Assembly: GCA_900554565.1 (NCBI GenBank)
Contig: USHX01000005.1
Span: 1 to 61,564 of the forward strand
Direction of reading: 5' to 3'
From: an uncultured Clostridium sp.
Lineage (GTDB): Bacteria > Bacillota > Clostridia > TANB77 > CAG-508
DNA: 61,564 bases
Shown: piece by piece, positions 1-9,299 of the stretch
Layout: each line of letters opens with the position of its first letter
How positions within the stretch are numbered: position 1 is the stretch's first letter
Program-made: the position numbers and the translations under genes
Notes under the pieces: generated by a model
The model's database searches: none
What the model saw: only the letters and a program-made list of their open reading frames with translations
What the model was told of the DNA's origin: nothing

Positions 1-81
1 GCTTCAATAAAAGAACTTGAAAGAGTTTACAGAATTACAGATGATATAATCAAATACATCGTAATAAGAAAAGAAAACTAA
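1..81 (+). CDS. rpsF: 30S ribosomal protein S6, C-terminal fragment (gene begins left of window)
   Basis: Frame 1 reads ASIKELERVYRITDDIIKYIVIRKEN-stop. S6-like C-terminus and canonical rpsF-ssb-rpsR order. Confidence 0.6.
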   Translation, partial: ASIKELERVYRITDDIIKYIVIRKEN

Positions 82-142
82 TAAAATTAGTAAAAATAAA
101 GATAAGGGGCCTTTATTTGAAAGTAAAGAAAGGTGATAAAAA

Positions 143-571
143 ATGAACAAAGTAATATTAATGGGAAGATTAACAAGAGACCCAGAAGTAAGATACACAC
201 AAACAAACAACACACTAGTAGCATCTTTTAGTTTAGCAGTAAACAGAAGATTTGTAAGACAAGGAGAAGAAAGACAAGCAGACTTTATAAACATAGTAGC
301 TTGGAGCAAACTAGGTGAATTTTGTAGTAAATACTTCAAAAAAGGTCAACAAGTAGGAATTATAGGAAGAATACAAACAAGAACTTGGGATGATGACCAA
401 GGAACAAAACACTATGTAACAGAAGTAGTTGCAGAAGAAGCATATTTTGCAGATAGCAGAAGAGATGGAGAAACTGCAGGAAATACTTTTGAAAATACAT
501 TTGGAAATACAGCACCAGGAAACATGGGAGCAGATTTCGAAGTATCTTCAAATGATGACCTACCATTCTAA
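143..571 (+). CDS. ssb: single-stranded DNA-binding protein
   Basis: OB-fold N-terminus MNKVILMGRLTRDPEVRYT, Gly/Asn-rich linker, acidic C-terminal tail DDLPF. RBS aaaggtga upstream. Confidence 0.95.
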   Translation: MNKVILMGRLTRDPEVRYTQTNNTLVASFSLAVNRRFVRQGEERQADFINIVAWSKLGEFCSKYFKKGQQVGIIGRIQTRTWDDDQGTKHYVTEVVAEEAYFADSRRDGETAGNTFENTFGNTAPGNMGADFEVSSNDDLPF

Positions 572-591
572 TTAAAGAGGGGTGAAATAAA

Positions 592-867
592 ATGGCAGAC
601 AAAAAACAAAATAGAAGAAATAAAAACTATGATGAGGATTACAATCCAAGATTCAGAAAACAAAGAAAAAAAGTATGTGTATTATGTAGTGACAAAAACT
701 TTGAATTAGACTACAAAAATCCAGAACAATTAAAGAAATTTGTAAATGACAAAGGTAAAATCTTACCAAGAAGAACAACTGGAGCATGCAGTAAACATCA
801 AAGAGATATCACAACAGCAGTAAAAAGAGCAAGACACATTGCTATATTACCATATGCACAAAACTAA
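592..867 (+). CDS. rpsR: 30S ribosomal protein S18
   Basis: Motifs KKVCVLC..DYKN...[32 protein letters not shown] are typical of S18. Confidence 0.95.
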   Translation: MADKKQNRRNKNYDEDYNPRFRKQRKKVCVLCSDKNFELDYKNPEQLKKFVNDKGKILPRRTTGACSKHQRDITTAVKRARHIAILPYAQN

Positions 868-881
868 TTTAAGATAATATA

Positions 882-907
882 AAAACCGTTGAGAAATCAA
901 CGGTTTT
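882..907 (+). terminator. rho-independent terminator after rpsR
   Basis: aaaaccgttga / gaaa loop / tcaacggtttt perfect hairpin followed by a T-rich run. Confidence 0.8.
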
Positions 908-1015
908 ACTTTTGTATATAAGAATAATATTGAATGTAAACTTTACAATTAGCAACTATAGTTTTAATAAAAACAATGTGTAATAAAAAACAAAAATTAA
1001 AAATTTCTTAAACCG

Positions 1016-1044
1016 TTTACAATTAAAAAAGCTTATGGTATAAT
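1016..1044 (+). promoter_or_regulatory. sigma-A type promoter (TTTACA, 17 nt spacer, TGgTATAAT extended -10)
   Basis: tttaca at 1016-1021, tataat at 1039-1044, TG two nt upstream of the -10. About 30 nt upstream of the 1075 start. Confidence 0.5.
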
Positions 1045-1074
1045 TTTTTGTGAGAAATAGGAAGGTGAAAAAAT

Positions 1075-2010
1075 TTGAATCAAATATTAAGTGTAGAAAC
1101 ACCGAAAAAAGAAAAAAATAAAAAATCAAAAAACAATGGCACAATAGAAATACAAAAAATAGTAAGATTCTTTTCAATTGTAATATTAATATTTGGAATA
1201 TGTATGATTGGAAGTGGTTCATACTCAATGTACAAAGGAACATCAGCAGAAACAGGAACAGCAAAACCAACAATATATGTACAAGAAACATCAGGAACAG
1301 AAATAACACTTCAAGTATCACATAACAAAGCACTAGAAAAAGTAACATACAAATGGAATAATGAAGATGAAACAGAAATAAACAGCAATGGTAAAAAACA
1401 AGTAACACAACAAATCCAAATACCAACAGGAAAAAATACATTGACAGTATATGCAAAAGACATAAACGGACAAGAAACAAGTTACCAAAAACAATATACA
1501 ATTCAAGGAGATATAGACATAGAACTAGAAGTTGATGGAGCAAACTTAAAAATAAATGCAACAGGAAAAGAAGAGCTATCATATCTAACATATAGATGGG
1601 ATGAAGAAGAAGAAACAAAAATAGATATAAATGATACACAAACAGAACAAACAATAGAAATACCAAAAGGACAACACACATTAACAGTTGTAGCAGTAGA
1701 TGTAAACAACAAAACCGAAACAAAAGAACAAGAAGTAAAAGGAGTAACAAAGCCAAAAGTAGAAGTAACAACAGATGGAGAAGCAAACTTCGTAATAAAA
1801 GCATCAGATGAAGAAGGTATTAAAAAAGTAGAATTCATAATAAATGAAACAGATAAAAATGTACTAAATCTAGACCAAGTATATTCACTAGATCAAAGAA
1901 AAGACTTTGAATACAAATACCCATTACACGATGGAGAAAACAAACTAGAAATAAGAGTATACAACGAAAGCGATGTATGTGAAGTATCAAGAGTAATAGT
2001 AAATAAATAA
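1075..2010 (+). CDS. membrane-anchored protein with three tandem ~80-aa Ig-like repeats (function unknown)
   Basis: TTG start after RBS ggaaggtga. N-terminal TM segment FFSIVILIFGICMIG. Three repeats share the pattern ..TY(K/R)W(N/D)xE(D/E)ET.I....Q.I.IP.G.(N/H)TLTV.A.D. Confidence 0.75.
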   Translation: MNQILSVETPKKEKNKKSKNNGTIEIQKIVRFFSIVILIFGICMIGSGSYSMYKGTSAETGTAKPTIYVQETSGTEITLQVSHNKALEKVTYKWNNEDETEINSNGKKQVTQQIQIPTGKNTLTVYAKDINGQETSYQKQYTIQGDIDIELEVDGANLKINATGKEELSYLTYRWDEEEETKIDINDTQTEQTIEIPKGQHTLTVVAVDVNNKTETKEQEVKGVTKPKVEVTTDGEANFVIKASDEEGIKKVEFIINETDKNVLNLDQVYSLDQRKDFEYKYPLHDGENKLEIRVYNESDVCEVSRVIVNK

Positions 2011-2018
2011 GCAAATAC

Positions 2019-2042
2019 CTCCTACAAGCTATATTGTAGGAG
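2019..2042 (+). terminator. probable rho-independent terminator
   Basis: ctcctacaa / ttgtaggag 9-bp stem followed by a T-rich stretch. Confidence 0.55.
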
Positions 2043-2066
2043 ATATTTATTTAAAAAGGGGAAAAC

Positions 2067-2876
2067 ATGAAAGAGCAATTATTTAATATATTAACATATT
2101 TTGTTATATATTCTTTCCTAGGATGGGTTATGGAATCCATAGTAAGGTCAGTATCAGAAAAAAAATTAATAAACACAGGATTTTTGGTAGGGCCAATGTG
2201 CCCAATATATGGGATAGGAGCAATGATAATGCTCTTATTTCTAGATAGATTTGAAAATAATATACTACTTTTATTTATAGTTTCAATAGTAGTATTAACA
2301 ATATGGGAATACCTAGTAGGTGTATTGCTAGAGACAATATTCAAAACAAAATATTGGGATTATTCAGATCAAAAATTTAATTTTCAAGGAAGAGTATGTT
2401 TAACAAATTCCATATGTTGGGGAATACTTGGAGTGCTATTCGTAAAAGGAATACATCCAGCCATAATTAAACTGTTAGAAAAAGTAGATATACACATTTT
2501 ACACTATGTAATATTTATAATAACAATAGTAGCAATAGTGGACATGATAGTAAGTATTATAAAATTAAAAAATATAAAAGTGACATTAGAAAAAATAGAA
2601 GAACTAAATAAAGAAATAAAAGAAAAATTAAAAGAAGTTAAAAAGCTAACCAAAGAAACTGAAAAAGCAAGTAAGAAAGCAGAAAAAGAAAAGAACTCAG
2701 AAGAAAATATTCAAATAATAGTAGAAAATTTGAAAAAGAAGAGAAATAGAATCTTAAGAAGACTATACAGAAATGTATATAGACTAAAAAAGGCATTCCC
2801 AGCAATTAACACAAAAGAAATAACAGAAGTATTAAATAAAAAACTAGATGAAATCAAAAATAAAAGAAATAAATAA
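2067..2876 (+). CDS. polytopic membrane protein of the 'putative ABC-transporter type IV' (CmpB-like, PF06541-type) family with Lys/Glu-rich C-terminal coiled coil
   Basis: N-terminus YSFLGWVMESI....GPMCPIYGIGA is characteristic of the family; several TM segments. Confidence 0.75.
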   Translation: MKEQLFNILTYFVIYSFLGWVMESIVRSVSEKKLINTGFLVGPMCPIYGIGAMIMLLFLDRFENNILLLFIVSIVVLTIWEYLVGVLLETIFKTKYWDYSDQKFNFQGRVCLTNSICWGILGVLFVKGIHPAIIKLLEKVDIHILHYVIFIITIVAIVDMIVSIIKLKNIKVTLEKIEELNKEIKEKLKEVKKLTKETEKASKKAEKEKNSEENIQIIVENLKKKRNRILRRLYRNVYRLKKAFPAINTKEITEVLNKKLDEIKNKRNK

Positions 2877-2890
2877 CAAAGGAGTAAAAC

Positions 2891-3814
2891 ATGGTACAAG
2901 AAATATATATTATAGATGATGATGATTCTTCAATAGTAATATTTAGAGAATTATTTAGAAATGATCCAGAATTCAAATTTATAAGTGTAAAAACAGAACA
3001 AATAGATGTAGCACTAAAAAACATTCCATCATTAATAGTAATAAATGAAGATGCTATAGATAGAGATGTTGTCGAATTATGTAGAAAAATAAGAAAAGAT
3101 GAAGACAATACAATAACACCAGTTATAATAGTGTCTTCAAAAACAAGCAAAGAACACAGAATGAGAATTTTGCAAGAATCAGTAGAATACTTTATAAAAA
3201 AACCAGTAGATGAAGAGTATCTATATTATACAGTCAAAAACTTAAACAGGTTGCTTGCAAGTAATAGAACTGTAAGTCCATTAACAGGCTTACCAGGAAA
3301 TGTACAAATACATGCAGAACTAAAGAAAAGAATAGCAAGACAGGAGCCATTTTCAGTATTATATCTAGATTTAGATAACTTCAAAGCATATAATGATGTA
3401 TATGGATTTTTAAAAGGCGATGAAATAATAGAATTTACAGCAGAAACAATAGTAAATTCAGTACATAGTGATAAAATAGAAAATACATTTGTTGGACACA
3501 TAGGTGGAGATGACTTTGTAGCAATTGTACCAGGAACAAGTTGTGAGAAATTGTGCCAAAATGTAATATCAGAGTTTGATAATAATGTTCAAAAATTCTT
3601 TACAGAAGATGATTTAGAAAAAGGATATATAGAAGTTGCGAATAGAAGAGGAATAATAGAACAATTTCCATTAACATCAATATCAATAGGTGTTGTTGTA
3701 TCAGATGTTGGTAGATTTCATAATATCTTAGAAATTGGTGAAATTGGAGCACAAGTAAAACATGCTGCTAAATCTGTAATGGGAAGCAGTTATGCAATAG
3801 ATAGAAGAAAATAA
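2891..3814 (+). CDS. response-regulator receiver domain fused to a GGDEF-type (GGDDF variant) diguanylate-cyclase-like domain
   Basis: REC features: IIDDDD, VIIVSS, FIKKP. GGDEF-domain features: LTGLPGN, YLDLDNFKAYND.YG, GDEII, HIGGDDFV. Confidence 0.88.
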   Translation: MVQEIYIIDDDDSSIVIFRELFRNDPEFKFISVKTEQIDVALKNIPSLIVINEDAIDRDVVELCRKIRKDEDNTITPVIIVSSKTSKEHRMRILQESVEYFIKKPVDEEYLYYTVKNLNRLLASNRTVSPLTGLPGNVQIHAELKKRIARQEPFSVLYLDLDNFKAYNDVYGFLKGDEIIEFTAETIVNSVHSDKIENTFVGHIGGDDFVAIVPGTSCEKLCQNVISEFDNNVQKFFTEDDLEKGYIEVANRRGIIEQFPLTSISIGVVVSDVGRFHNILEIGEIGAQVKHAAKSVMGSSYAIDRRK

Positions 3815-3866
3815 AAAAGGACTTGAAAAAGTTCTTTTTTTTGTCAAAATATACTCATTAAAACAT

Positions 3867-4125
3867 GAATAAAGAACAAACAAGGTCAATATACTATAGT
3901 ATAAAAATAAACAAGGGGAGCTATAATTATGATGATTATAGACAAAAAAAGAATAAAAATTATACTAGGTTGTATATTGATAGCATTATTTACTTTCACA
4001 TTTCAGGTGGCAAATCAGAAAGAAAGCACAAATAAAATCCAGGAACAAACGGCGCAAACAACATCAACTCCTGTATCAGGCAAAACAGTAGTACTTGATG
4101 CAGGGCATGGAATACCAGATGAAGG
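3867..4125. repeat. direct repeat copy 1 (cwlD promoter plus first ~65 codons, diverged copy)
   Basis: Aligns base for base with 6130-6389, roughly 90 percent identity by eye. Mismatches in this copy are mostly G/C. Confidence 0.9.
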
Positions 4126-4144
4126 GGTTTGCTTACTGCATTAA
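3929..4144 (+). pseudogene. truncated 5' fragment of a cwlD-type amidase gene
   Basis: Its 66 N-terminal codons parallel the intact gene at 6193, then diverge (VCLLH-stop) at the repeat boundary. Confidence 0.8.
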
Positions 4145-4174
4145 GTAAAAAATAAAAGTAACTATTCTTTTATA

Positions 4175-4208
4175 AAAAAGTTGCAAATGTAAAAGTTTGC
4201 AACTTTTT
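4175..4208 (+). terminator. rho-independent terminator
   Basis: aaaaagttgcaaa / loop / tttgcaacttttt, a perfect 13-bp stem ending in a T run. Confidence 0.75.
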
Positions 4209-4333
4209 ATGATTTTGATTGATAGAATAAAAGTAAAGTGATAAAATGTAGAAAATAAAAGAAAAAAATTTAAGAATAAACAATAAAAGAGAAACATAAA
4301 AATTGACAAAACAAATTAAAACAAGGAGGTATT

Positions 4334-4867
4334 ATGTATAATCGAATTTCTATTGTAGGTGGTTCTGGAAGTGGTAAAAGTACATTATGTAATATTTTAT
4401 CAAAAGAGTTAAATCTCCCAGCAATACATTTAGATGCCATTAATTATGAACCTAATTGGGTTGAAATAGATAAAGTAGAAAGAGATAAAATAATAGCTAC
4501 TAAGTCATCAAGAGATAAATGGATTATAGATGGTAATTATAATAAGACTCTTAAGGAACGTTTTAAAAAAGCAGATTTAATAATATGGCTAGATTACTCA
4601 ACATTTATGCAATTAAAAGGCGTTTTAAAAAGATATTTTAAAACACGTAATAATGAAAGACCAGAGATACCTGGCTGTAAAGAAAAATTAGAGTTTAAAT
4701 TTATAAAATATGTTCTTACTTATAATAAAAAGAAAAGACATATAATTAAAGAGTATTTAATGGATATACCGAAAGAAAAAGTATTAATTTTTAATAAACA
4801 AAAAGATTTAAATAAATGGCTTAAGAAATTTACAGGTAACAACAATATTTTAGAAAATTTAAAATAA
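4334..4867 (+). CDS. P-loop NTPase of the adenylate-kinase / topology-modulation (FlaR-like) family
   Basis: Walker A IVGGSGSGKST at the N-terminus. Size and WIIDGNY...ADLIIWLD pattern are typical of the family. Confidence 0.8.
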   Translation: MYNRISIVGGSGSGKSTLCNILSKELNLPAIHLDAINYEPNWVEIDKVERDKIIATKSSRDKWIIDGNYNKTLKERFKKADLIIWLDYSTFMQLKGVLKRYFKTRNNERPEIPGCKEKLEFKFIKYVLTYNKKKRHIIKEYLMDIPKEKVLIFNKQKDLNKWLKKFTGNNNILENLK

Positions 4868-4894
4868 ATATAAAAATAAGGAAGTAATAAAAAT

Positions 4895-5449
4895 ATGGAA
4901 TTAGTAGATATTGTAGATGAAAATAATAAATTAACTGGACAAGTGGAAGATAGATGGGTAGCATATAATAAAGGATTATGGAGAAGGACAGTTTCTTGTT
5001 GGATAATTAATGAAAAAGGAGAAATACTTTTGCAAAAAAGAACAGCAAATAAATTAAAAAATCCAAATAAATGGGCAAAAACTGGAGGACAAGTTGACAG
5101 TGGAGAAACAGTTGAAGAAGCTATATTTCGAGAAGTAAAAGAAGAATTAGGAATTAAAATTCCAAAAGAGCAAATTAAAATTGTGGATATTTATAAAAGT
5201 AATGATAAAAACAAACGATTTGGATATAATTTTATTTTTGTAGTTAATTATAAAATTAAAGACTACATATTACAAAAAGAAGAAGTAGCAGAAGTTAAGT
5301 ATGTTACAATTGAAGATATGGAATTAATCAAAAAAGAGAATGATTCTAATTATACTTTTTGTAATTGGGTGGATGAGGATTTTTATAGGGAAATAAAATT
5401 ATTAAAAAATAAAAGAAAACAAATTTTAGGTGGCAAAAATGAAGGTTAA
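4895..5449 (+). CDS. NUDIX hydrolase
   Basis: NUDIX box GGQVDSGETVEEAIFREVKEELGI. Confidence 0.9.
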   Translation: MELVDIVDENNKLTGQVEDRWVAYNKGLWRRTVSCWIINEKGEILLQKRTANKLKNPNKWAKTGGQVDSGETVEEAIFREVKEELGIKIPKEQIKIVDIYKSNDKNKRFGYNFIFVVNYKIKDYILQKEEVAEVKYVTIEDMELIKKENDSNYTFCNWVDEDFYREIKLLKNKRKQILGGKNEG

Positions 5450-5485
5450 AATTTACATTTTACAAAGGAATAATAAAAATTTTCT

Positions 5486-6104
5486 ATGGAAAAGAATAGT
5501 CTGAAAAAACTAAATAGTAAATTTTTTTACATGTTTTCAGATGGAAAAATCACAAATTCAACTAAGAAACACGGAAATAATAAGGCTGTAGCTTATATGC
5601 AGGATATAGAAGCATGGAGTATATATAAAGATGAGGAAGGATATGCAGAATATGTAATAGGTGGACCAAGCGTCGAAATGTTATATGATAGCTATAAGCA
5701 AACACATTCAAACTCTGATAAAAAACATATGTATACAGTTACAGGTGAAAATAAAGAAACAAATGAAAATAATGCAAAAGGTACTGGTTCTGCAGGATAC
5801 CAAATAAGTTGGGATGGTGGACAAACTTGGAAAACTATAACAGAAATTAATTTTAGTTATTTATCAAGTGATATTGATAAATTATATACTGGAGATGGAA
5901 CACATCAAAAAGCCTATGGATATTGGCTTTTATCTCCTTCAGCACAAAATGATGAAACCATTATGGGTGTGTATTATTATGGAAAAGTTTCGCTATTATC
6001 ATTATAATAATGAACTAATGGCATTTAGACCGGTGGTATATTTATCATCTGATGTAACATTAAGTTTGAATGAGCAAACTGGAAAATATGAAATAAGCAA
6101 GTAA
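5486..6104 (+). pseudogene. frameshifted gene for a secreted-type protein with a C-terminal ..WLLSP...G.RPVVYL motif (DUF6273-like)
   Basis: ORFs 5486-6007 and 5868-6104 overlap in different frames. Joining them near 5985 gives GVYYYGK..YYHYNNELMAFRPVVYLSS. No CGG at the shift. Confidence 0.6.
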
Positions 6105-6129
6105 CAGAAAAATATAATAATTAAAATAC

Positions 6130-6389
6130 GAATAATGAACAAACAAGGTCAATATACTATAGTATAAAAAATAAACAAGGGGAGTTATAATTATGATGAT
6201 TATAGACAAAAAAAGAATAAAAATTATACTAGGTTGTATATTGATAGCAATATTTACTTTCACATTTCAAATAGCAAATCAAAAAGAAAATTCAAATAAG
6301 ATTCAAGAACAAACAGCACAAACAACATCAACACCTGTATCGGGCAAAACAGTAGTACTAGATGCAGGACATGGAGTACCAGATGAAGG
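6130..6389. repeat. direct repeat copy 2 (native-looking cwlD promoter and 5' end)
   Basis: Partner of 3867-4125; continues into the intact amidase ORF. Confidence 0.9.
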
Positions 6390-6924
6390 TGCACAAAGTT
6401 CAAATGGAACAACAGAAGCAGAAACAAACTTAAAAATAACATTAAAAATTCAAAAGCTATTAGAGCAAAGCGGATGCACAGTAATATTAACTCGTTCAGA
6501 TGAAAATGCGATATATGATTTAGATGCAACAACATTAAAACAAAAGAAAATATCAGACATACATAATAGAGTCAAAATAGGAAACGAAAATTCAGCTGAT
6601 ATATTTGTATCAATACATTTAAACAAAATTCCACAAAGCCAATACTCAGGTTGGCAATGCTTTTACAAAGATGGAAATGAAAATAGCAATAAGCTAGCAA
6701 AAACTATACAAGAAAATTTAAATAAATCTATACAAAAAGAAAATAAAAGAGTGCCTATGAAATTGGATAATGTTTATATTATAAAACATGTAGAAATTCC
6801 AATATCAATAGTCGAATGTGGATTTTTATCCAACCCAGAAGAAGAAAAAGAATTACTAGAAGATAGCTATCAAAATAAACTGGCTTGGGGAATTTATAAT
6901 GGAATTATAAATTATTTTTATTAA
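6193..6924 (+). CDS. cwlD: germination-specific N-acetylmuramoyl-L-alanine amidase (Amidase_3)
   Basis: Signal/TM anchor, VVLDAGHG, E..NL, FVSIHLN, ECGFLSN.EE. Size and layout are typical of CwlD. Confidence 0.88.
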   Translation: MMIIDKKRIKIILGCILIAIFTFTFQIANQKENSNKIQEQTAQTTSTPVSGKTVVLDAGHGVPDEGAQSSNGTTEAETNLKITLKIQKLLEQSGCTVILTRSDENAIYDLDATTLKQKKISDIHNRVKIGNENSADIFVSIHLNKIPQSQYSGWQCFYKDGNENSNKLAKTIQENLNKSIQKENKRVPMKLDNVYIIKHVEIPISIVECGFLSNPEEEKELLEDSYQNKLAWGIYNGIINYFY

Positions 6925-7050
6925 AACTATAGAACCTGTTAATCGATAAACAAAAAACTAAAAAATAAAAAGTTTTGTTAATCTAATAACAAAACTTTTT
7001 TAAAAGTGGTATAACAAAAAAGAAAAAATAAAAGAGAAAGGAAGAATAAA

Positions 7051-8361
7051 ATGAAAGAAATAAAAAAAGAAAACTTAGAAAATATAGAAAATGAATACAA
7101 AAAAGACATTACAAATACAATAGCAAGAAGAGCATTAGTAAAAAGCAAAATAAGTGACATAACAAAAGTAAATGAACAAACAGAATTTACAAGAAATATG
7201 TTCTCAATAAACTTAAAAACACTACCAGTAACAAACCAAAAAAGAAGCGGAAGATGCTGGATATTTGCAGGATGCAATGTTATTAGAGAAAAAATAGCAG
7301 AAAAATACAATCTAAAAGATTTCGAAATATCACAAAACTATATAGCATTTTATGATAAACTAGAAAAATGCAATTACTTATTAGAAAGCATAATATCATT
7401 AAAGAATAGTCCAAAAGATGACAGAACACTAGACTACTTATTAAGTACAGGAGTACAAGATGGTGGACAATGGGATTTATTTGTAAATATTGTAAACAAA
7501 TATGGAGTTGTGCCTAAAAATGCATTTCCAGAAACATTTCAAAGTTCAAACACAAATGAAATAGATGGACTACTTAATAAATACATTCGTAAATTTGCAT
7601 ATGACATAAGAAATAATGAAGAAAACATAGAAGCAAGAAAAGAAAAAAGCATAAAGGAAATATATTCAATATTATGCAGTTGTTTTGGAATACCACCAAA
7701 AACATTCACATTTGAATATGTAGACAAAGACAAAAAATATAACATAATAAAAGATTTAACACCTATGAAATTTTATAAAGAAATAGTACCAATAAACCTA
7801 GATGATTATGTAAGTATAATAAATAGCCCAACAGATGACAAGCCATTTGGAAAAACATATACTGTAGATTACTTAGGAAATGTTATTGAAGGAAATGAAG
7901 TTTTATATTTGAACCTAGAAATAGAAAGATTAAAAGAACTAGCAATAAATCAACTAAAAAATGGAGAAACAGTATGGTTTGGCTCAGACTGTGGAAAAGC
8001 AGGAGATAGAGAAGGCGGAGTATGGGATGATGCTACATTTGACATAGATACGCTATTTAAAATAAATAGCCAAATGTCAAAAGGAGCTATGTTAGATACT
8101 AGAGAAAGTGCAATGAACCATGCAATGGTAATAACAGGTGTAAACTTAGATAATGAAATACCTACAAAATGGAAAATTGAAAATAGCTGGGGAGATGAAG
8201 TTGCAGACAAAGGATATTATGTGGCAACAGATAGCTGGTTTACAAAGTATGTATATCAAGTAGTTGTAAACAAAAAATATTTAACACAAGAAGAAAAAGA
8301 GAGTCTAAAGGCAGAAAAAATGAGACTAAAACCATGGGACCCAATGGGAACATTAGCTTAA
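7051..8361 (+). CDS. pepC: aminopeptidase C (bleomycin-hydrolase-type C1 cysteine peptidase)
   Basis: Catalytic-Cys motif QKRSGRCWIFA, HAMVITGV, ENSWG. About 436 aa. Confidence 0.92.
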   Translation: MKEIKKENLENIENEYKKDITNTIARRALVKSKISDITKVNEQTEFTRNMFSINLKTLPVTNQKRSGRCWIFAGCNVIREKIAEKYNLKDFEISQNYIAFYDKLEKCNYLLESIISLKNSPKDDRTLDYLLSTGVQDGGQWDLFVNIVNKYGVVPKNAFPETFQSSNTNEIDGLLNKYIRKFAYDIRNNEENIEARKEKSIKEIYSILCSCFGIPPKTFTFEYVDKDKKYNIIKDLTPMKFYKEIVPINLDDYVSIINSPTDDKPFGKTYTVDYLGNVIEGNEVLYLNLEIERLKELAINQLKNGETVWFGSDCGKAGDREGGVWDDATFDIDTLFKINSQMSKGAMLDTRESAMNHAMVITGVNLDNEIPTKWKIENSWGDEVADKGYYVATDSWFTKYVYQVVVNKKYLTQEEKESLKAEKMRLKPWDPMGTLA

Positions 8362-8489
8362 AATAATGCGAAAAAATTAATATTTATGAAGAAAAAGCAA
8401 AAAATATAAATAAAATTTTATAAATTTTGCTTTTTTGGTTTTTTAGTGTTATAATATAAATGTCGAATATCATTCAAAGGAGAAAAAAT

Positions 8490-9299
8490 ATGGGAAATAA
8501 TAAATTTAAAGATGCCTTAAAAGTTTATAATAGAATGAATTCTAGAGGAAAAAAAGTAGTAGGAGTTGCAGGAATAACGTTAGCAGCTGCAATTGGTGCA
8601 GGAGTTTATGTTACAACTAATAGTAATAACAAAGATGAACAACGAAGTCCTTCAATTCAAGAAGTACTAGAAAAAGGTACAACAATGAGAGAACTAGGCA
8701 TAAGCAAAGAAAGAAAAAGCAAAATTGAAAAATTTGAAAAATTTATAAATAATATAGATGAAACGACTCCAAATTCAGAAATATATAGACAAATATCAGT
8801 AGGACGCCAAAATTATGGAGATGTATTAAAGGAAAAAATTGCAGAAAAAATGGACACTACTACAGAAAATATAATTTTTAATATAAACGAAAGCCAAGGG
8901 AACAAACTTTGCCAAGCAATTGTAGATGGAACTTTATATGAAGAAAAAGATACAATATCTCAAATATTTGGTGATAAAAATGAAATTTCAGAAGACTTAG
9001 CAGATGCTATAACTTATATGGGAGATATTAATACGCTTGAACAAAAGATGCAATTTGGAAACGTAAAACTAGATAGAAACAAAGCAATAGAAGTACTAAA
9101 TGAACTAGGAGATAGAGTAAATAAAGCAGCAACAAGTGAAATTCAATATTCAGATGGCAAAATTTCAATGGAATATGCAGAACTAATAAATAATAAAGAA
9201 ATAACAGCACAAAAAGAAACTGAAAATGCTAAATGGACAGTAACAACAGTTAAGAATGATAAAGCAAAAACAGCAGAAAATAATGAGATGGAATTATAA
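8490..9299 (+). CDS. hypothetical membrane-anchored protein
   Basis: ATG at 8490 preceded by aaaggag. TM segment VVGVAGITLAAAIGAGVYV. I recognise no family. Confidence 0.55.
   Translation: MGNNKFKDALKVYNRMNSRGKKVVGVAGITLAAAIGAGVYVTTNSNNKDEQRSPSIQEVLEKGTTMRELGISKERKSKIEKFEKFINNIDETTPNSEIYRQISVGRQNYGDVLKEKIAEKMDTTTENIIFNINESQGNKLCQAIVDGTLYEEKDTISQIFGDKNEISEDLADAITYMGDINTLEQKMQFGNVKLDRNKAIEVLNELGDRVNKAATSEIQYSDGKISMEYAELINNKEITAQKETENAKWTVTTVKNDKAKTAENNEMEL

Noticed and set aside
956-1804. 282-aa minus-strand ORF (MLLLRSLLLHLLLL...) and many similar Leu/Phe-rich antisense ORFs across the window (e.g. 12228-12620, 20022-20390, 41135-41350, 51222-51695, 54131-54388)
   Set aside because: They are mirror images of A-rich sense genes with clear homology. 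They have low-complexity composition and no RBS, and they always sit inside a better-supported + strand gene.
3929-4144. 71-aa ORF as a genuine small membrane protein
   Set aside because: It is the duplicated 5' end of cwlD and terminates five codons past the repeat boundary.
5868-6104. 78-aa ORF as an independent gene
   Set aside because: It overlaps the 3' end of ORF 5486-6007 and supplies the missing conserved C-terminal RPVVYL motif of that gene, so it is the second half of a frameshifted gene.
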